Positions 13,168 to 27,810 of a DNA stretch of 64,000 nt are shown here, one piece after another (the stretch's first letter is position 1; every line of letters starts with the position of its first letter). The notes beneath the pieces are model-generated. The model was not told where the DNA came from, did not search any database, and saw only the letters and a program-made list of their open reading frames with translations. The stretch lies in assembly GCF_009914755.1 (NCBI RefSeq), contig NC_060947.1. One strand, written 5' to 3'. The position numbers and the translations under genes were made by a program. The DNA is from the human T2T-CHM13v2.0 reference genome, Homo sapiens.

Positions 13168-16100
13168 ATGACAGGATCAAATTCACACATAACAATACTA
13201 ACCTTAAATGTAAATGGGCTAAATTCTCCAATTAAAAGACACAGATGGGCAACTTGGATAAAGAGTCAAGACCCATCGGTGAGCTGTATTCAGGAGACCC
13301 ATCTCATGTGCAAAAACGCACATAGGCTCAAAATAAAGGAATGGAGGAAAATGTGTCAAGCAAATAGAAAGAAAAAAAAAGGAGGGGTTGCAATGCTAGT
13401 CTCTGACGATGCAGACTTTAAACCAACAAAGATGAAAAAAGACATAGAAGCATTACATAATGGTAAAGCATTACATAATGGTAAAGGGATCAATTCAAAA
13501 AGAAGAGCTAACTATTCTAAATATATATGCACCCAATACAGGAGCGCCCAGATTCATAAAACAAGTTCTTAGAGACCTACAAAGAGACTTAGACTCCCAT
13601 ACAATAATAGTGGGAGGCTTTATCACCCCACTGTCACTATTAGACAGATCAACAAGATAGAAAATTAAGAAGAATATTCAGGACTTGAACTCAGCTCTGG
13701 ATCAAGTGGACCTAGTAGACATCTATAGAACTCTCTACCCCAAATCAACAGAATATACATTCTTCTCAGTGCTACATGGCACTTATTCTAAAATCGACCA
13801 CATAATTGGAAGTAAAACACTCCTCAGCAAATGCAAAAGAACTTACGTCATAACAAACGGTCTCTCAGACCACAGTGCAACCAAATTAGAACTCAGGATT
13901 GAGAAACTCACTCAAAACCACACGATTACATGGAAATTGAACAAGGTTCTCCTGAATAACTCCTGGATAAATAATGAATTTAAGGCAGAAATCAAGAAGT
14001 TCTTTGAAACTAATGAGAACAAAGAGACAACATACAAGAATCTCTGGAAGATAGCCAAAGCAGTGTTAAAGGGAAATTTATATCACTAAATGCACACATC
14101 AGAAAGCTTGAAACATCTCAAATCAATACCCTAACATCACAATTTAAAAAGCTAGAGAGTTGAGAACCAAATCAATCCAAAAGCTAGCAGAAGACAAGAA
14201 ATAACTAAAATCAGAGAAGAATTGAAGGAGATAGAGAAACAAAAAACCCTCTAAAACATCAATGAATTCGAACGCTGGTTTTTTGAAAAAATTAACGAAA
14301 TAGATAGACCACTAGCTAGACTAATAAAGAATAGAGGGAAGAATCAAATAGACACAATAAAAAATGATAAAGGAGATATCACCACTGACCCCACAGAAAT
14401 ACAAACTACCATCAGAGAATAATATAAACACCTCCATGCAAATAGACTAGAAAATCTAGAAGAAATGGATAAATTCCTGGATGCATACACTCTCCGAAGA
14501 TTAACCAGGAAGAAGTCAAATCCCTGAATAGACCAATAACAAGTTTTGAAATTGAGGCAGTAATTAATATCTTACTAACGAAGAAAAGCCCAGGACTAGA
14601 AGAATTCACAGCTGAATTCTATGAGGAATTGGTACCATCCCTTTTGAGACTATTCCAAACAATTGAAAAGGAGGGACTCCTCCCTAACTCATTTTATGAA
14701 GCCAGAATCATCCTGATACCAAAACCAGAAAGACACACACACACAAAACTTTCAGGCCAATATTCCTGATGAATATGGATGTGAAAATCCTCAATAAAAT
14801 ACTGGCAAGCCGAATCCAGCAGCACATCAAAAAACTTACCCACCATGATTAAGTCAGCTTCATCCCTGGGATGTAAGGCTGGTTCAACATATGTGAATCA
14901 ATAAACATAATCCATCACATAAACAGAACCAAAGACAAAAACTACACGATGATCTCAATAGATGCAGAAAAGGCCTTTGATAAAATTCAACATCCCTTCA
15001 TGTTGAAAACTCTCAATAAACTAGGTATTGATGGAACATATCTCAAAATAATAAGAGCTATTTATGACAAACCCACAGCCAATATCATATTGAATGGGCA
15101 AAAGCAGGAAGCATTCCCTTTGAAAACTGACACAAGATGAGGATGCCCTCTCTCACCACTCTTATACAACATAGTATTGGAAGTTCTGGCCAGAGCAATC
15201 AGACAAGATAAGGAAATAAAGGACATTCAAATAGGAAGACAGGAAGTCAAACTGTCTCTGTTTGCAGATGACATGATTTCATATTTAGAAAAAACCATCA
15301 TCTCATCCCCCAAACTCCTAAAACTGATAAGCAACTACAGCAAAGTCTCAGGATACAAAATCAATGTGCAAAAATCACAGGCATTCCTTTACACCAACAA
15401 TAGACAAGCAGAAAGCCAAATCATGAATGAACTCACATTCACAATCGCTACAAAGAGAATAAAATACCTAGGAATATGGCTAACAAGGAATGTGAAGGAC
15501 CTCTTTAAGGAGAACTGCAAATCACTGCTCAAGGAAAAAAGAGAGAATGCAAACAAATGGAAAAACATTCCGTCATCATGGATAGGAAGAACCAATATCA
15601 TGAAAATGGCCATACTGCCCAAAGTAATTTATAGATTCAATGCTATTCCTGTCAAACTACCATTGACATTCTTCACAGAATTAGAAAAAAACTATTTTAA
15701 ATTTCATATGGAATCAAAGAAGACACCATATAGCCAAGACAATCCTAAGCAAAAAGAACAAAGCTGGAGGCATCATGCTACCTGACCTCAAACTATACTA
15801 CAAGGCTACAATAACCATAACAGCATGGTACTGGTACCAGAACAAACATATACACCAATGGAGGAGAACAGAGACCTCTGAAATAACACCACACATCTAC
15901 AACCATCTGATCTTCAACAAACCTGCCAAAAACAAGCAATGGGGAAAGGATCTCCTATTCACTAAATGGTGCTGGGAAAACTGGCTAGCCATATGCAGGA
16001 AATTGAAACTGGACCCCTTCCTTACACCTTATGAGAAAATTAACTCGAGATGGATTAAAGACTTAAATGTAAAACCCAAAACCATAAAAACCCAAGAAGA

Positions 16101-16986
16101 AAACCTAGTCAATACCAATCTGGACATAGGCATGGGCAAAGATTTCACGACAAAAATGCCAAAAGCAATTGCAACAAAAGCCAAAATTGACAAATGGGAT
16201 CTAATTAAACTAAAGAGCTTCTGCACAGCAAAAGGAACTATCATCAGAGTGAACAGGCAACCTACGGAATGGTAGAAAATTTTTGCAATTGACCCATCTG
16301 ACAAAGGTCTAATGTCTAGAATTTACAAAGAACATAAACAAATTTACAAGAAAAAAACAACCCCATCAAAAAGTTGGCAAAGGATATGAACAGACACTTC
16401 TCAAAAGAAGACATTTATGCAGCCAACAAACATATGAAAAAAAGTCACATCACTGTTTGTCAGAAAAATGCAAATCAAAACCACAACGGGATACCATCTC
16501 ATGCCAGTCACAATGGTGATTATTAAAAAGTCAGAAAACAATAGATGCTGGCAAGGCCATGGAGAAATAGGAATGCTTTTACACTGTTGATGGGAATGTA
16601 AATTAATTCAACCTTGTGGAAGACAGTACAGTGATTCCTCAAGGATCTAGAACCAGAAATACCATTTGACCCAGCAATCTCATTACTGGGTATATACTCA
16701 AAGGAATATAAATCATTCTACTGTAAAGACACATGCACACATATGTTTTTTGCAACACTATTTACAATAGCAAAGGCATGGAAACAACCCAAATGCCCAT
16801 CAATGATAGACTGGATAAACAAAATGTGGTACATATACACTGTGGAATACTATGCAGCCATAAAAAGGAATAAGATCATGTCCTTTGCAGGGACATGGAA
16901 GACGCTGGAAGCCATCATCCTCAGCAAACTAACACAAGAACAGAAAACCAAATACTGCATGTTCTCACTCATAAGTGGGAGTAGAA
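13168..16986 (+). pseudogene. L1 ORF2p remnant (endonuclease, reverse transcriptase, C-terminal domain), disrupted
   Basis: 'MTGSNSHITILTLNVNGLN', '[16 protein letters not shown]', 'LFADDM', 'KYLGI', split over many frames. Confidence 0.95.
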
Positions 16987-17168
16987 CAATGAGAACACAC
17001 ATGGACACAGAGAGGGGAACAACACACACTGGAGGTGTGGGTTGAGGGAAGGGAACTTAGAAGATGGGTTGGTAGGTGCAGCAAACCACCATGGCACACG
17101 TATACCTATGTAACAAACCTGCACATTCTGCACATGTATCACATTTTTTTAGAAGAAATAAAAAAATT

Positions 17169-18290
17169 ATATAAGACAACACTGGAAAAACTCTTCTAGA
17201 CATTTGCCTAGGAAAAGAATTTATGATTAAGACTCCAAAAGCAAGTGCAACAAAAATAGAAATAAATGGGACCTAATTAAACTAAAAAGCTTCTGCACAG
17301 CAAAACAAGTAATTGACAGAGTAAAAAGATAACCCATAGAGTGGGAGAAAATATTTGCAAACTATATATCCAGCAAAGGACTAGTATCCAGAATCTATAA
17401 GGAACTCAAACAAATCACCAAGAAAAAAACAATTAATCACATTAAAAAATGGGCAAAAGGACATGAATAGACATTTCTTAAAAGTACATCAACAAATGGC
17501 CAACAAACATAAGAAAAAAATGGTCAACATCAGTAATCATCAGGGAATTGCAAATTAAAACCAGAATGAGATACCACCTTACTTCTGCAAGAATGTCCAT
17601 TATTAAAAATAAAAAAAAATTGATGTTGGCCTGAAGGTGGGGAAAAGGAAATGCTTATACACTGCTGGCAGGAATGTAAATTAGTATAACCTCTTTGGAA
17701 AACAGTATGGAGATTCCTGAAAGAGCTAAAAGTGGATCTACCGTTAGATCCAGCAATCCCACTACTGCGTATCTACCTAAAGGAAAAGACACACGCACAC
17801 GTATGTTTATAGCAGCACAATCTACAATGGCAAGGATATGGCACCAAACTAAATGCCCATCAACTAATGAGTGGATAAATAAAATGTAGTTATATACACC
17901 ATGGAATACTACTCAGCCAATAAAAGGAACAAAATAATGTCTTCTGCAGCAATTTGGATGGAGCTGGAGGCCATTATTCTAAGTGAAGTAACACAGGAGT
18001 GGAAAACCAAAAACCATATATTCTCATTTACAAGTGGGAGCTAAGCTATGAGTAAGCAAAGGCATATAGAGTGATCTAATGGAATTTAGAGTCTCAGAAG
18101 GGAGAGGGTGGGAGGTGGTCCAGGGATTAAAAAAACATACATTAGGTACAATGTACACTACTCAGGTGACAGGTGTGCTAAAAATCTCAGAATTTACTAC
18201 TATACAATTCATCCACGTAACCAAAAACTACATGTGCCCAAAAACTACTGAAAGTTTTTTAAAAAAGATTTCTCCACTTAAAAAAAAAAA
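17169..18290 (+). mobile_element. L1PB2-like LINE-1, 3' part
   Basis: 3' ORF2 and L1PB-type 3'UTR ('ctaagctatgagtaagcaaaggcatatagagtg...catccacgtaaccaaaaac'); TSD aaacgatgctg (7858) / aaatgattctg (18288). Confidence 0.85.
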
Positions 18291-18578
18291 TGATTCTGAA
18301 ACAATGGTATATCTACATGCAAAAAAATAACCTAGACACAGACATCACACCTTTCACACACACACACACACAAAACCCAAAATAAATAATAAGCCTACAT
18401 GTAAATTGTAAAACTATAAAGCTCCTAGAAGATAACAGAAGAAAATCTAGGTGACTTTGGTTTGGCTATAACTTTTTAGATAAAACACCTTAAAACATCA
18501 TGAAAGAAAAAAACTGACAAATGGACTTCATTAAAATTAAAGATATGTGCTCTGCAAAAGACACTGTTAAGAGAATGA

Positions 18579-18861
18579 ACTCATGCCTGTAATCCCAGCA
18601 CTTTGGGAGGCTGAACCAGGCTGATCACTTGAGCGCAGGAGTTTGATATCAGACTGGGCAACATGCCAAAACTCCATCTCTACACAAAATATAAAAAAAT
18701 TTGCCAGGCGTGGTGGCATGCCCCTGTGGTCACAGCTAGTCGGGAGGTGAGGCAGGAGAATCGATTGAGCCTGGGAGATTGAGGCTGTAGTGACCCATGA
18801 TAGCCACTGCACTCCAACATGGGCAATAGAAGGAGACCTTGTCTCAAAAAAAAAAAAAAAA
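18579..18861 (+). mobile_element. AluJ-like, slightly 5'-truncated, tail followed by (GA)n
   Basis: Alu dimer; TSD agagaatgaa. Confidence 0.9.
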
Positions 18862-19230
18862 TGAGAGAGTGAGAGAGAGAGAGAGAGAGAGAATGAAAAG
18901 ACAATCAACCAACTGAAGAAAATATTTGCAAAACACATTGATAAAGAACTTATATCCGAAATGTACAAAGAACACTTAAAACTCAGCAATAAGAAAACAA
19001 CCCAATTAAAAAGTGGACAAAAGATTTAAACAGATACTTCCCTAAATAAGACAATATGAATAAACAAATGAATGCATGCTCAATATCATATGACATTAGA
19101 GAATTGTAAATTAAAGCAATGACATTATCACTACACATCTATTAGAATGGTGAAAATCCAAAAAGCAGACAATACCAAATGCTAGTGGAGATGTGGATCA
19201 ACAGATACTCTTATTCATTGCTGGTTGGTG

Positions 19231-19646
19231 TGTGAAAGCTAAACCAACTTCATCTTGGCAGCTAATCTGTCATGTTGGTTTCTGATTAACTCCTGTTCCA
19301 GGAAGGCCTCTAAGATTTCCAGTTTATTGTTCCTTGTGTAAGAGCAGGTACTTATCGTAAATCCTGCCCTTAGGTCAGACAATCTTGATGTTATCATACT
19401 GCAATTGTGCTACACATTCATTCTCAACCATCCCTCCTGATGATATATAAGCCCTGGGTATGGAGGGTAATTGCAGTGATCCACTATCTTGTCTTGCCTC
19501 CACCCAAGACACAGACATGACTTCTGTTTGTAAGTTCTCATTAAATGTTTCTTTCTAAGAAACTAGGTTTATCAGGCCCTTTCTTCATTCTCTCAGCTTC
19601 CTTGGACTTTGGGGTAGATTTGCAAGGATGTGGCCACCACGAAACC
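19231..19646 (+). mobile_element. Solo LTR (LTR47-like)
   Basis: TG start, TATA-like 'tatataagc', 'attaaa' signal; splits the L1 motif 'cattgctggt|gagaatgc'. Confidence 0.7.
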
Positions 19647-20446
19647 CAGTGAGAATGCACAAATGATACAGCCACTTTGGAAGATAATTTGGCAGTTTCT
19701 TACAAGCCTAAATATAGTCTTACCAAATGATCCAGTAATCACATTCTTAGGTAATTAGCCAATTGAGTTGAAAATGTATGGCCATGCAAAAACCTGCAAA
19801 CAAGTATTTATAGCAGCAGCTTTATTTATAATTGCCAAAAACTGGAAAGAGCCAAGATGCCCTTCAAAAACTGAATGGATAAACTGTGCTATAATGAAAC
19901 ATTATTTAGTGATAAAAAGAAATGAAGCATCAACCTATGAAAAGACATGCATATTACTAAATGCATATTGCCAGGTGAAAGAAGACAATGTGTAAAGGCT
20001 ACCTACTATATTATTTTCATATAACATCCTGGAATAGACAAAACTATACAGATGGTAAAAAAGGTCAGTTGTTGGCAGAGGTTTGCAGGTGGGAGTGAGA
20101 AGCAGAATTTATAAGTGAAGCACAGAGGAGTTCAGGTTACTGCAAATATTCTATATGATACTCTAATGGTAGGCACATGAAATTATACGTTTGTTAGACC
20201 CATAGACTATACAACACACAGAGAGGATCCTAATGTAAGCTATGAATTTTAGTTAATAATGGTATATCAATGTTGATTAATCAGTCATAGCAAATAATTG
20301 TATTAGTATTACAACAAATTAATAATTGTATTAGTTTGCTGAGGCTGACAAAACAAAGTCTACTATGGGCTGGGTGGCATAAACAACAGAAATTTATTTT
20401 CTCACTTTTCTGGAGGCTAGAAGTCTGAGATCAAGATGTCCACAAG

Positions 20447-21268
<822 letters not shown>

Positions 21269-21545
21269 AGCAATTGGTTTCTTATGAAGCTTTTCTTCTT
21301 GACTTATAGATGACCATATTCTCCCTGTGTATTCATAACATCTTCCTCCTGTACCTGTCTATGTCCAAAGTTCCCCTTCTTATAAGGACACAAATCATAA
21401 CAAATTAAGAACCACTCTAATAACCTCATTTTAATTTAATTACCACTTCAAATACCCTATTTACAAATATCATCATATTCTGATGTAATGGGGGCTAGGA
21501 CTTCAACATATGAATTTAGGGGAAATACAACTCAGTCCATGATAG

Positions 21546-21655
21546 TAAATAATGCAAGATATTAATAACAAGGAGAACTATAAGTGGTAGAGAGAGGTAG
21601 TGTGTGGAAATCCTCTGTACTGTCTGCTCAATTTTCTGTAAATCTAAAACTACTG
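21546..21655 (+). mobile_element. L1MC-like 3' terminus, segment 3
   Basis: 'aatgcaagatattaataac...ctctgtactgtctgctcaattttctgtaaatctaaaactac'. Confidence 0.75.
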
Positions 21656-21717
21656 CACAATTTATCCATGCAACAAAAGTGCACTTGTATCCCTTAAATT
21701 TATAAACATAAAAAAAT
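21656..21717 (+). mobile_element. Very short L1PA15/16-like 3' end
   Basis: 'caatttatccatgcaacaaaagtgcacttgtatcccttaaattta' plus A-tail. Confidence 0.6.
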
Positions 21718-22288
21718 TATGTTAATTTTAAATAATGGCATGCAACAGGAATGGAAAGAAGCCATCTTTAGCAACCATCTACCATATAACATTAGATTTA
21801 TTGCTCATTGGTTGAATCACGGTACCCAGTTACTGCCTAATAATGAATCATTGTCAACGTAAAAGGGAAACCCTGATGGTATTCTTCACTTCTGACTCAA
21901 GTTCTGCCCGTGCCAACATTTTTGTTGACTTGTATTAAGGATGCTTTTTACATGTCTATCAGAGACAAAACAAATACAAATATTGGAAGAATGATAAAAT
22001 CTGATTAGGCCAAAATAGGAACCGAATGCACTACGTGAAATTCTAACTGGAAGAAAAGTAAAGCCCAATACTCAAACGTTATATACTGCTTAGGCAGGCA
22101 AAGAAATACTTGGGAATCTGAACTCTGCATTCATGGTAATAGTTACATATGGAGCAAATAGGAGGGGGATGTAAAGGGGCAGGAGTGCACAGGGAATTAT
22201 TCCATGAGAACATGGTTGCTTATGAATTTTTTTGTAGCTTTTGGTACATCTTAAATATTTCAAAATACAATAAAATGTTAAAGACCAC

Positions 22289-22828
22289 TGTAGTAGGCAG
22301 AATGGTGAGCCCTATGAAATTTCCAGGCCCGAATCTTTAGAACCTGTGAATATGTTACTATACATGGCAAAAAGGACTTTGTAGATGTGATTAAAGTTGG
22401 GGACTTTGATACAGAGATTATCCTGTAGTATCTGGGTAGGCTTTATGTAATCAAATGGGTTCATAAAAGTGGAATTGGAAGGTAAAAGGCTCAGTCATAG
22501 ATAAGCAATGAAAGAATAAAACGAGCCTATTCTCACCACGTGAGAGAGTTGTCTCATCTTTCCTGGCTTTGAAGTTGGAAACGCCCTTCAGCAGACAACC
22601 AGCAAAAAAAGAGAGCCCTCAGTTCTATAGCTGGAGTCTGCAAACAACCTAAATAAGGAAACAGATTCTCTCCTAGGTTTCCCACAAAGGAATGTGGCCT
22701 TGTTGACACCTTGATTTTAACCCAGTGAGACCTGTGTCAAACTTACAAAACTATAGATAATAAATTTGTGTTGTTTAAGTTGCCAGGTTTATAGTAGTTT
22801 GTTATCAAAGCAATAGAAAACTAATATA
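22289..22828 (+). mobile_element. MLT1D/E-like solo LTR
   Basis: 'tgtagtaggcagaat...gcaatagaaaactaatata' with a perfect 5-bp TSD ACCAC. Confidence 0.85.
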
Positions 22829-23319
22829 ACCACAATTTGTGTGTAACAATGAAATTTAAAAATGTGTAAGTAAAGGATAGGGCAAGATATTATGTTTGAC
22901 CTGAGCATAAGAGTAAAGACTAGATATTTTGACTGATCAAGTAAGAATCAACATGAGATGTGGATGGAATTTTTGAATGCATGGTAAGAGGTGGAAAAGA
23001 AACAAGTTTGAAGTAACAGTTCTGTGTTTCTTGACAGTGTGGGCCTGAGGGCAAAATAACATAGTAAGGTAGATTGGGTCAACTAAACCTCCAATAGAAA
23101 ATCTGCCATTTTTCTGCCCTAAGCAAATGGATAACAGAGTTTGGGGCAACCTCAACTGCAAGAAAGTGAATATTGAATCCTGGGAGGGAGAAAGGAAAAG
23201 GAAAAAGAGTTCCAATTCTGTGTATAACATCTTCCTGTCTTTGACTGACTCTGAACCATGCATGTGTAGTGTAGGGCAGACTCAAACCAGCTTTCAGTTA
23301 AGCCTAAGAGCTGAAGTAA

Positions 23320-24457
23320 GATTTTTTTCAACTGATGTTTTCTTATTAACAAATTAAGATTATTTAATTGACAAATTAAAAATGCATGTATGCAAGGTGT
23401 ACAATGTGATGCTTTGATAGACATATAAATTGTGTAATGATTACCACGATCAAATTAACACATTACCACCTACAGTTACTCTTTGTGTGTATGTGTGTAT
23501 GTGTGTGTGTATGATGTGGGCATTTAGAATCTGCTCTCTTATTGAATTTTAAGTAAATAATAGAATATATTAACTATAGTCACCATCCTATATGATAGAT
23601 CCCCAGACCTTATTCATCTTATAACTGAAAGTTTGTACACGTTGACCAACATCTCCCCACTTCTCCCACCCCAGAAGCTGGCAACCATTGCTATACTCTC
23701 TACTTCGAGGAATTCAACTTTTATAGATTCCACATGTAAGTGAGATTATACAATATGTGTCTTTCTGTGTCTGATTTATTTCACTTAGCATAATGCCCTC
23801 CGGATTCATCCATGTTGAGACAAATGGCAGAATTTCCTTCATTTTTGAGGCTGAATAATATTTCATTATATATACATTATATGTAAAACGTATGCATACA
23901 CATACACACACACCACCACTACCAGCACATTTTCTTCATCCGTATATCCATTAACAGACACTTAGGCTATTTCTATATCTTGGCTATTGTGAATAATGCT
24001 TCAGTGAATGTAGGGGTGCAGATATCTCTTCAAGAAACTGATTTCATTTTTTTTTTTGGATATATGCCCAAAAGAGGGATTACTAGACCATAGGGTAGTT
24101 CTATTTTGAATTTTTTGAGGAAATGTCATACTGTTTTCCATAATGACTTCACCAATTTACATTCCTGCCAAAAGTGTAATCTTCTTTTCTCCATACCCTC
24201 ACCAGCACTTCTTATCTCCTTTTTGATAATAGCCATTGTGATAGGTATGAGGTGGCGTGTAGCTGTGGTTTTGATTTGCATTTCCCTACAGATTTGTGAT
24301 GCTGAGCACCTTTTCATGTATCTGTTGGGCTTTTTTATGTCTTCTTTGGAAAAATATCCATTCAGGTCCTTTGCCCATTTTTTAATTGGGTTATTTGTTT
24401 TTTTTTTTTTTTTTTTTTTGTTATTGAGTTTTGTGAGCTCCTTGTATGTTTTATATT
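23320..24457 (-). mobile_element. L1MA (L1MA8/9-like) 3' fragment
   Basis: Antisense L1MA 3'UTR and ORF2 end (minus-strand ORF '[23 protein letters not shown]'). Confidence 0.85.
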
Positions 24458-25022
24458 TGGCAATTACTCAAAAAATTGAACACAGATCTACTATATAATC
24501 TGGTCATTCCATTACTTGATATTTGTCCAAGAGAAATAAAAACATATGTCCACAAAAATGTTTGTACATGAATGTTTAGAGCAGCTCTACTCATAATGCT
24601 TAAAACTGGAAACAACTCAAATACCCATCAATAAGTGAATAGATAAACAATGTTAGTACTTACTTATCAGTAAAAATAATGAATTATTGGAATATGCAAA
24701 AACATGCATAAATTTCAAAATAATTAGGCTGATTGAAAGAAGCCAGACACAAAAGAATATGTACTGCATGATTCCATTAATATAAAACTCTAGAAGATGC
24801 AAACTAATCTATAATGACAGAAAGCAGATCTGGCACCTAGGGCCAGTGGCAGAAGGAGGAGCGCAATGCAAAATGGCATGAGGAAGCTTTCGGGGTGTTA
24901 GAAATGTTTCCTATCTTGATTGTCATGGTGGCTTTACAGATGTAAACATATGTGAATCCACCAAATTGCACATTTTAAATAAATTAATTTTATTGTACAT
25001 AAATCATCTCAATAATGTTGAT
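24458..25022 (+). mobile_element. Old L1 (L1MB/ME) 3' fragment
   Basis: 'agagaaataaaaacatatgtccacaaaa', 'gaaagaagccagacacaaaagaata'. Confidence 0.8.
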
Positions 25023-25059
25023 ACAAACAAAACTTGGAAGCAGCATGTATTCTATTTTC

Positions 25060-25357
25060 TTTTTTTTTTTTTTTTTGAGATGGAGTCTCACTCTGTCGCC
25101 CACGCTGGAGGGCAGTGGCATGATCTTGGCTCACTGCAACCTCTGTCTCCCAGGTTCAAGCGATTCTTGTGCCTCAGCTGCCCTGGTAGCTGGGATTACA
25201 CGAGTGTGCCACCACCCCAGCTAATTTTTGTATTTTCAGTAGAGACAGGGTTTCACCATGTTGGCCAGGCTGGTCTTGAACTCCTGGCCTCAAATAATCC
25301 GCCCCCTTTGGCTTCTCCAAGTGCTGGGATTACAGACGTGAGCCACTGCACCCAACT
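25060..25357 (-). mobile_element. AluS-type
   Basis: Antisense Alu dimer with T-run. Confidence 0.95.
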
Positions 25358-26114
25358 AGAAACAGTAAATTTTCTACACAGAACACAGATCTTTCATTTG
25401 TGGGCTAAAGCTAATCTAACGGGAAAACCGAGTGGGATATGCTTTAAGTGGCATTGAGATATCTGCTTTCCAACAATAGCTCTCCCGCAGGCCTGCATCA
25501 GTTTCCTGGAGAATCTATCCAAAGAGCTTCAGGAAAAAATTAATGAGTAAAGTTAAACCTAAAATTCTCACCAGTAATTAGAGTCACTGTCTTGGCATAT
25601 TGTACCATGACAAATTTCTTGGGGAAGTAGGCAGAATATAAATTATCAATAGACAAATGACTTCAGTCATTGTGCTTCTGGAAGGCACATTCTAAAATTC
25701 AAAAATATTACTCAAAAAAGTGATAGTAGTATAATTCTGTCACCTTTTAATTCTCATAGCATGATCCTAAGTTTGACAAAAGTTTATTTTAGAAGCAGGT
25801 TGAGCAGATATTCATAACTCTGGAAGTAAAAAGATTCATAGGAAGGATTGCTCAGCAGTATAAAAGTACTGGGAAAAGGCAGCACAGAAGAACAGGAGAG
25901 GACTTCATTATCAAATAAAATCATTTGCTTGTTTGTTAAAGCTCTTGATTGAGGAAATGTCATTGAATATTACATAAGATTTTACTATGAGAAAATTGTT
26001 GTCACTCATTTGAGATCTCAGAATTCTCGGCGAAAGAGTAATTCCCTTACTCTACTTTGCTATTCCCTCCTGCTACTGACCTCTCTCCTTTGTTTCATGT
26101 TGATTTCAGCACTT

Positions 26115-26310
26115 ACACCAAATGCTGTGATACTTGCCTACATAGAGTTTCTCATTCAATACCATAATAGTTATAGTTACTTTCATTAGCCTTATTACAT
26201 AGATTGGAGCACAGAGAGATTAATAGGTTGCTCATATTCACACAGCTTGTAAGGAGCAAAACCAGGGTTGAAACCCAGGACCGGATAGCTCCAGACACCT
26301 GATACTCATC
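26115..26310 (-). mobile_element. MIR
   Basis: 'gcacagagagattaataggttgctc...cacacagcttgtaag...gaaacccagg'. Confidence 0.7.
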
Positions 26311-27810
26311 ATAAAATTATTTGAAAGGAGAAATTTTATGTCTATTTCTTCATATCTATCCCAATCTTCAGTCTCTTGCAATCTGCTGTTCACCCTCAGC
26401 ATTTCATTGAACCTGTTGTATAAAGTAACGAAGGACTGGCAGCCAAATCTAATAGTCTCTTATCCACACTTTAAGACCCAATTCAAGTGTCATCTCAGCC
26501 CCAGTATCTTTCCTGGCATTCCTACCACTCTATTCTCCAAGTTGGAAATAATCTTTTCTTCTTCTACTTCCCTATATCCACTGCTATACTGTTGACTAGA
26601 TTTTTTTCCATTCCTACACTTACGCATTTATTCATATAACCACTCACATATTCACTATTCGTTTATTGGGAAGTTATCTTTCATTCCTTTTGCTGAGTCA
26701 TGAGAGTATACAGATGATTAAAACATAATCTCTTTCCTTCTAGAGAACACAGTGTAGCCAGGGAAAAATATTGGTAAACAATAATTATAAATCAATATGA
26801 TTAGCTGCATAACAGTGGTACATGTTAGACACAAAAAAATATTTGTGGGCTAAATGCATTGTTCTTCTATTTTCAAAAATTAGGGAGAAGCATATATTTA
26901 AAGATCAGTCATTCAGATAACCATGCTAATTGTTACCATTTTTCTGGGCTTGGAAATACTATAAGTAGACTGTTTTAGTCAAATTGTATACAATAATTAC
27001 GTTAAAACTTCTGGGGAGGCAGGTACAGACGCCCAATGGAAAGCATAGATTTGGAGAGTAAACATGTAATTTAGAATATTCCATATATCCACCCTCTCCT
27101 CCAGCCCTATATCCAAATTCACTGACCTGGCATATGAAAGCAGATTTTCTTTTCCACATACAGTATAGATAGCTATAGGCATTAATAAAATATTTGTATA
27201 GAAATCTTATCCAGATCTGAGATAAGTACAATCTTGATGTCATGAATTCTTCAGACAGTTCTGAACCAATCATAATAATATAGGTTTTCAAGTATAGCCA
27301 TTTTGTGAAATGAAACATTTAATGATCATACACACCTTGGCTGATTGTGTATTGAGAGTATATACTAGTAAACATCACATCTGTGGCCCATTTTTTCATT
27401 TATTATACTCATAAACCTTGACAACATTTAATATCTGCTTGCTATTTAATAACATATACAATTTTTCATGATATTAAACCTGTAATCTGGATTCTCCGGC
27501 CCTGACATCTGAAACCTAAGTGCTTAGATACCTGGTGTTATATGGATACAGTGAAAAATTGAACACAGCTTCTTGAAAGATCTATCAAAAAAGGATTCAT
27601 TTTGAAATAAGTAGTTATGGCATGGCAGATAGGAAGAACATCAACTTTTGCCTCTTTAATCTTGGCATGAAATAATATAATTAAAGTGATAAAGTACAAA
27701 ATGTAATTCTCTTGCTTTCTTTAAAAGTATTATTTTTGTTGGAAACACCACAAAACAAATGTTTATAAGATAATTATGTGTTCACCAAATGTTCATACGC
27801 TCATTAAATA

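Larger units (their letters stand above)
10904..17168 (+). mobile_element. Near-full-length L1PA (L1PA8A-like), inactive
   Basis: GC-rich 5'UTR, ORF1 and ORF2 remnants, and 3' end 'gggaacttagaagatgggttggtaggtgcagcaaaccaccatggcacacg...ttttttagaagaaataaaaaaa'. Confidence 0.9.
18291..20295 (+). mobile_element. L1MC-like LINE-1, segment 2 (interrupted by an Alu and an LTR)
   Basis: Resumes ORF2 where 7868 stopped; L1MC-type 3'UTR 'gcatattgccaggtgaaagaagac...ccatagactatacaacac'. Confidence 0.8.

Noticed and set aside
10904-17168. Possibly active L1
   Set aside because: Multiple stops and frameshifts in both ORFs and a missing 5' tip.
24966-25457. 163-aa ORF, and similar ORFs at 18567, 31792, 43828, 45744 and 62601
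   Set aside because: Alu-derived peptides ('[13 protein letters not shown]').
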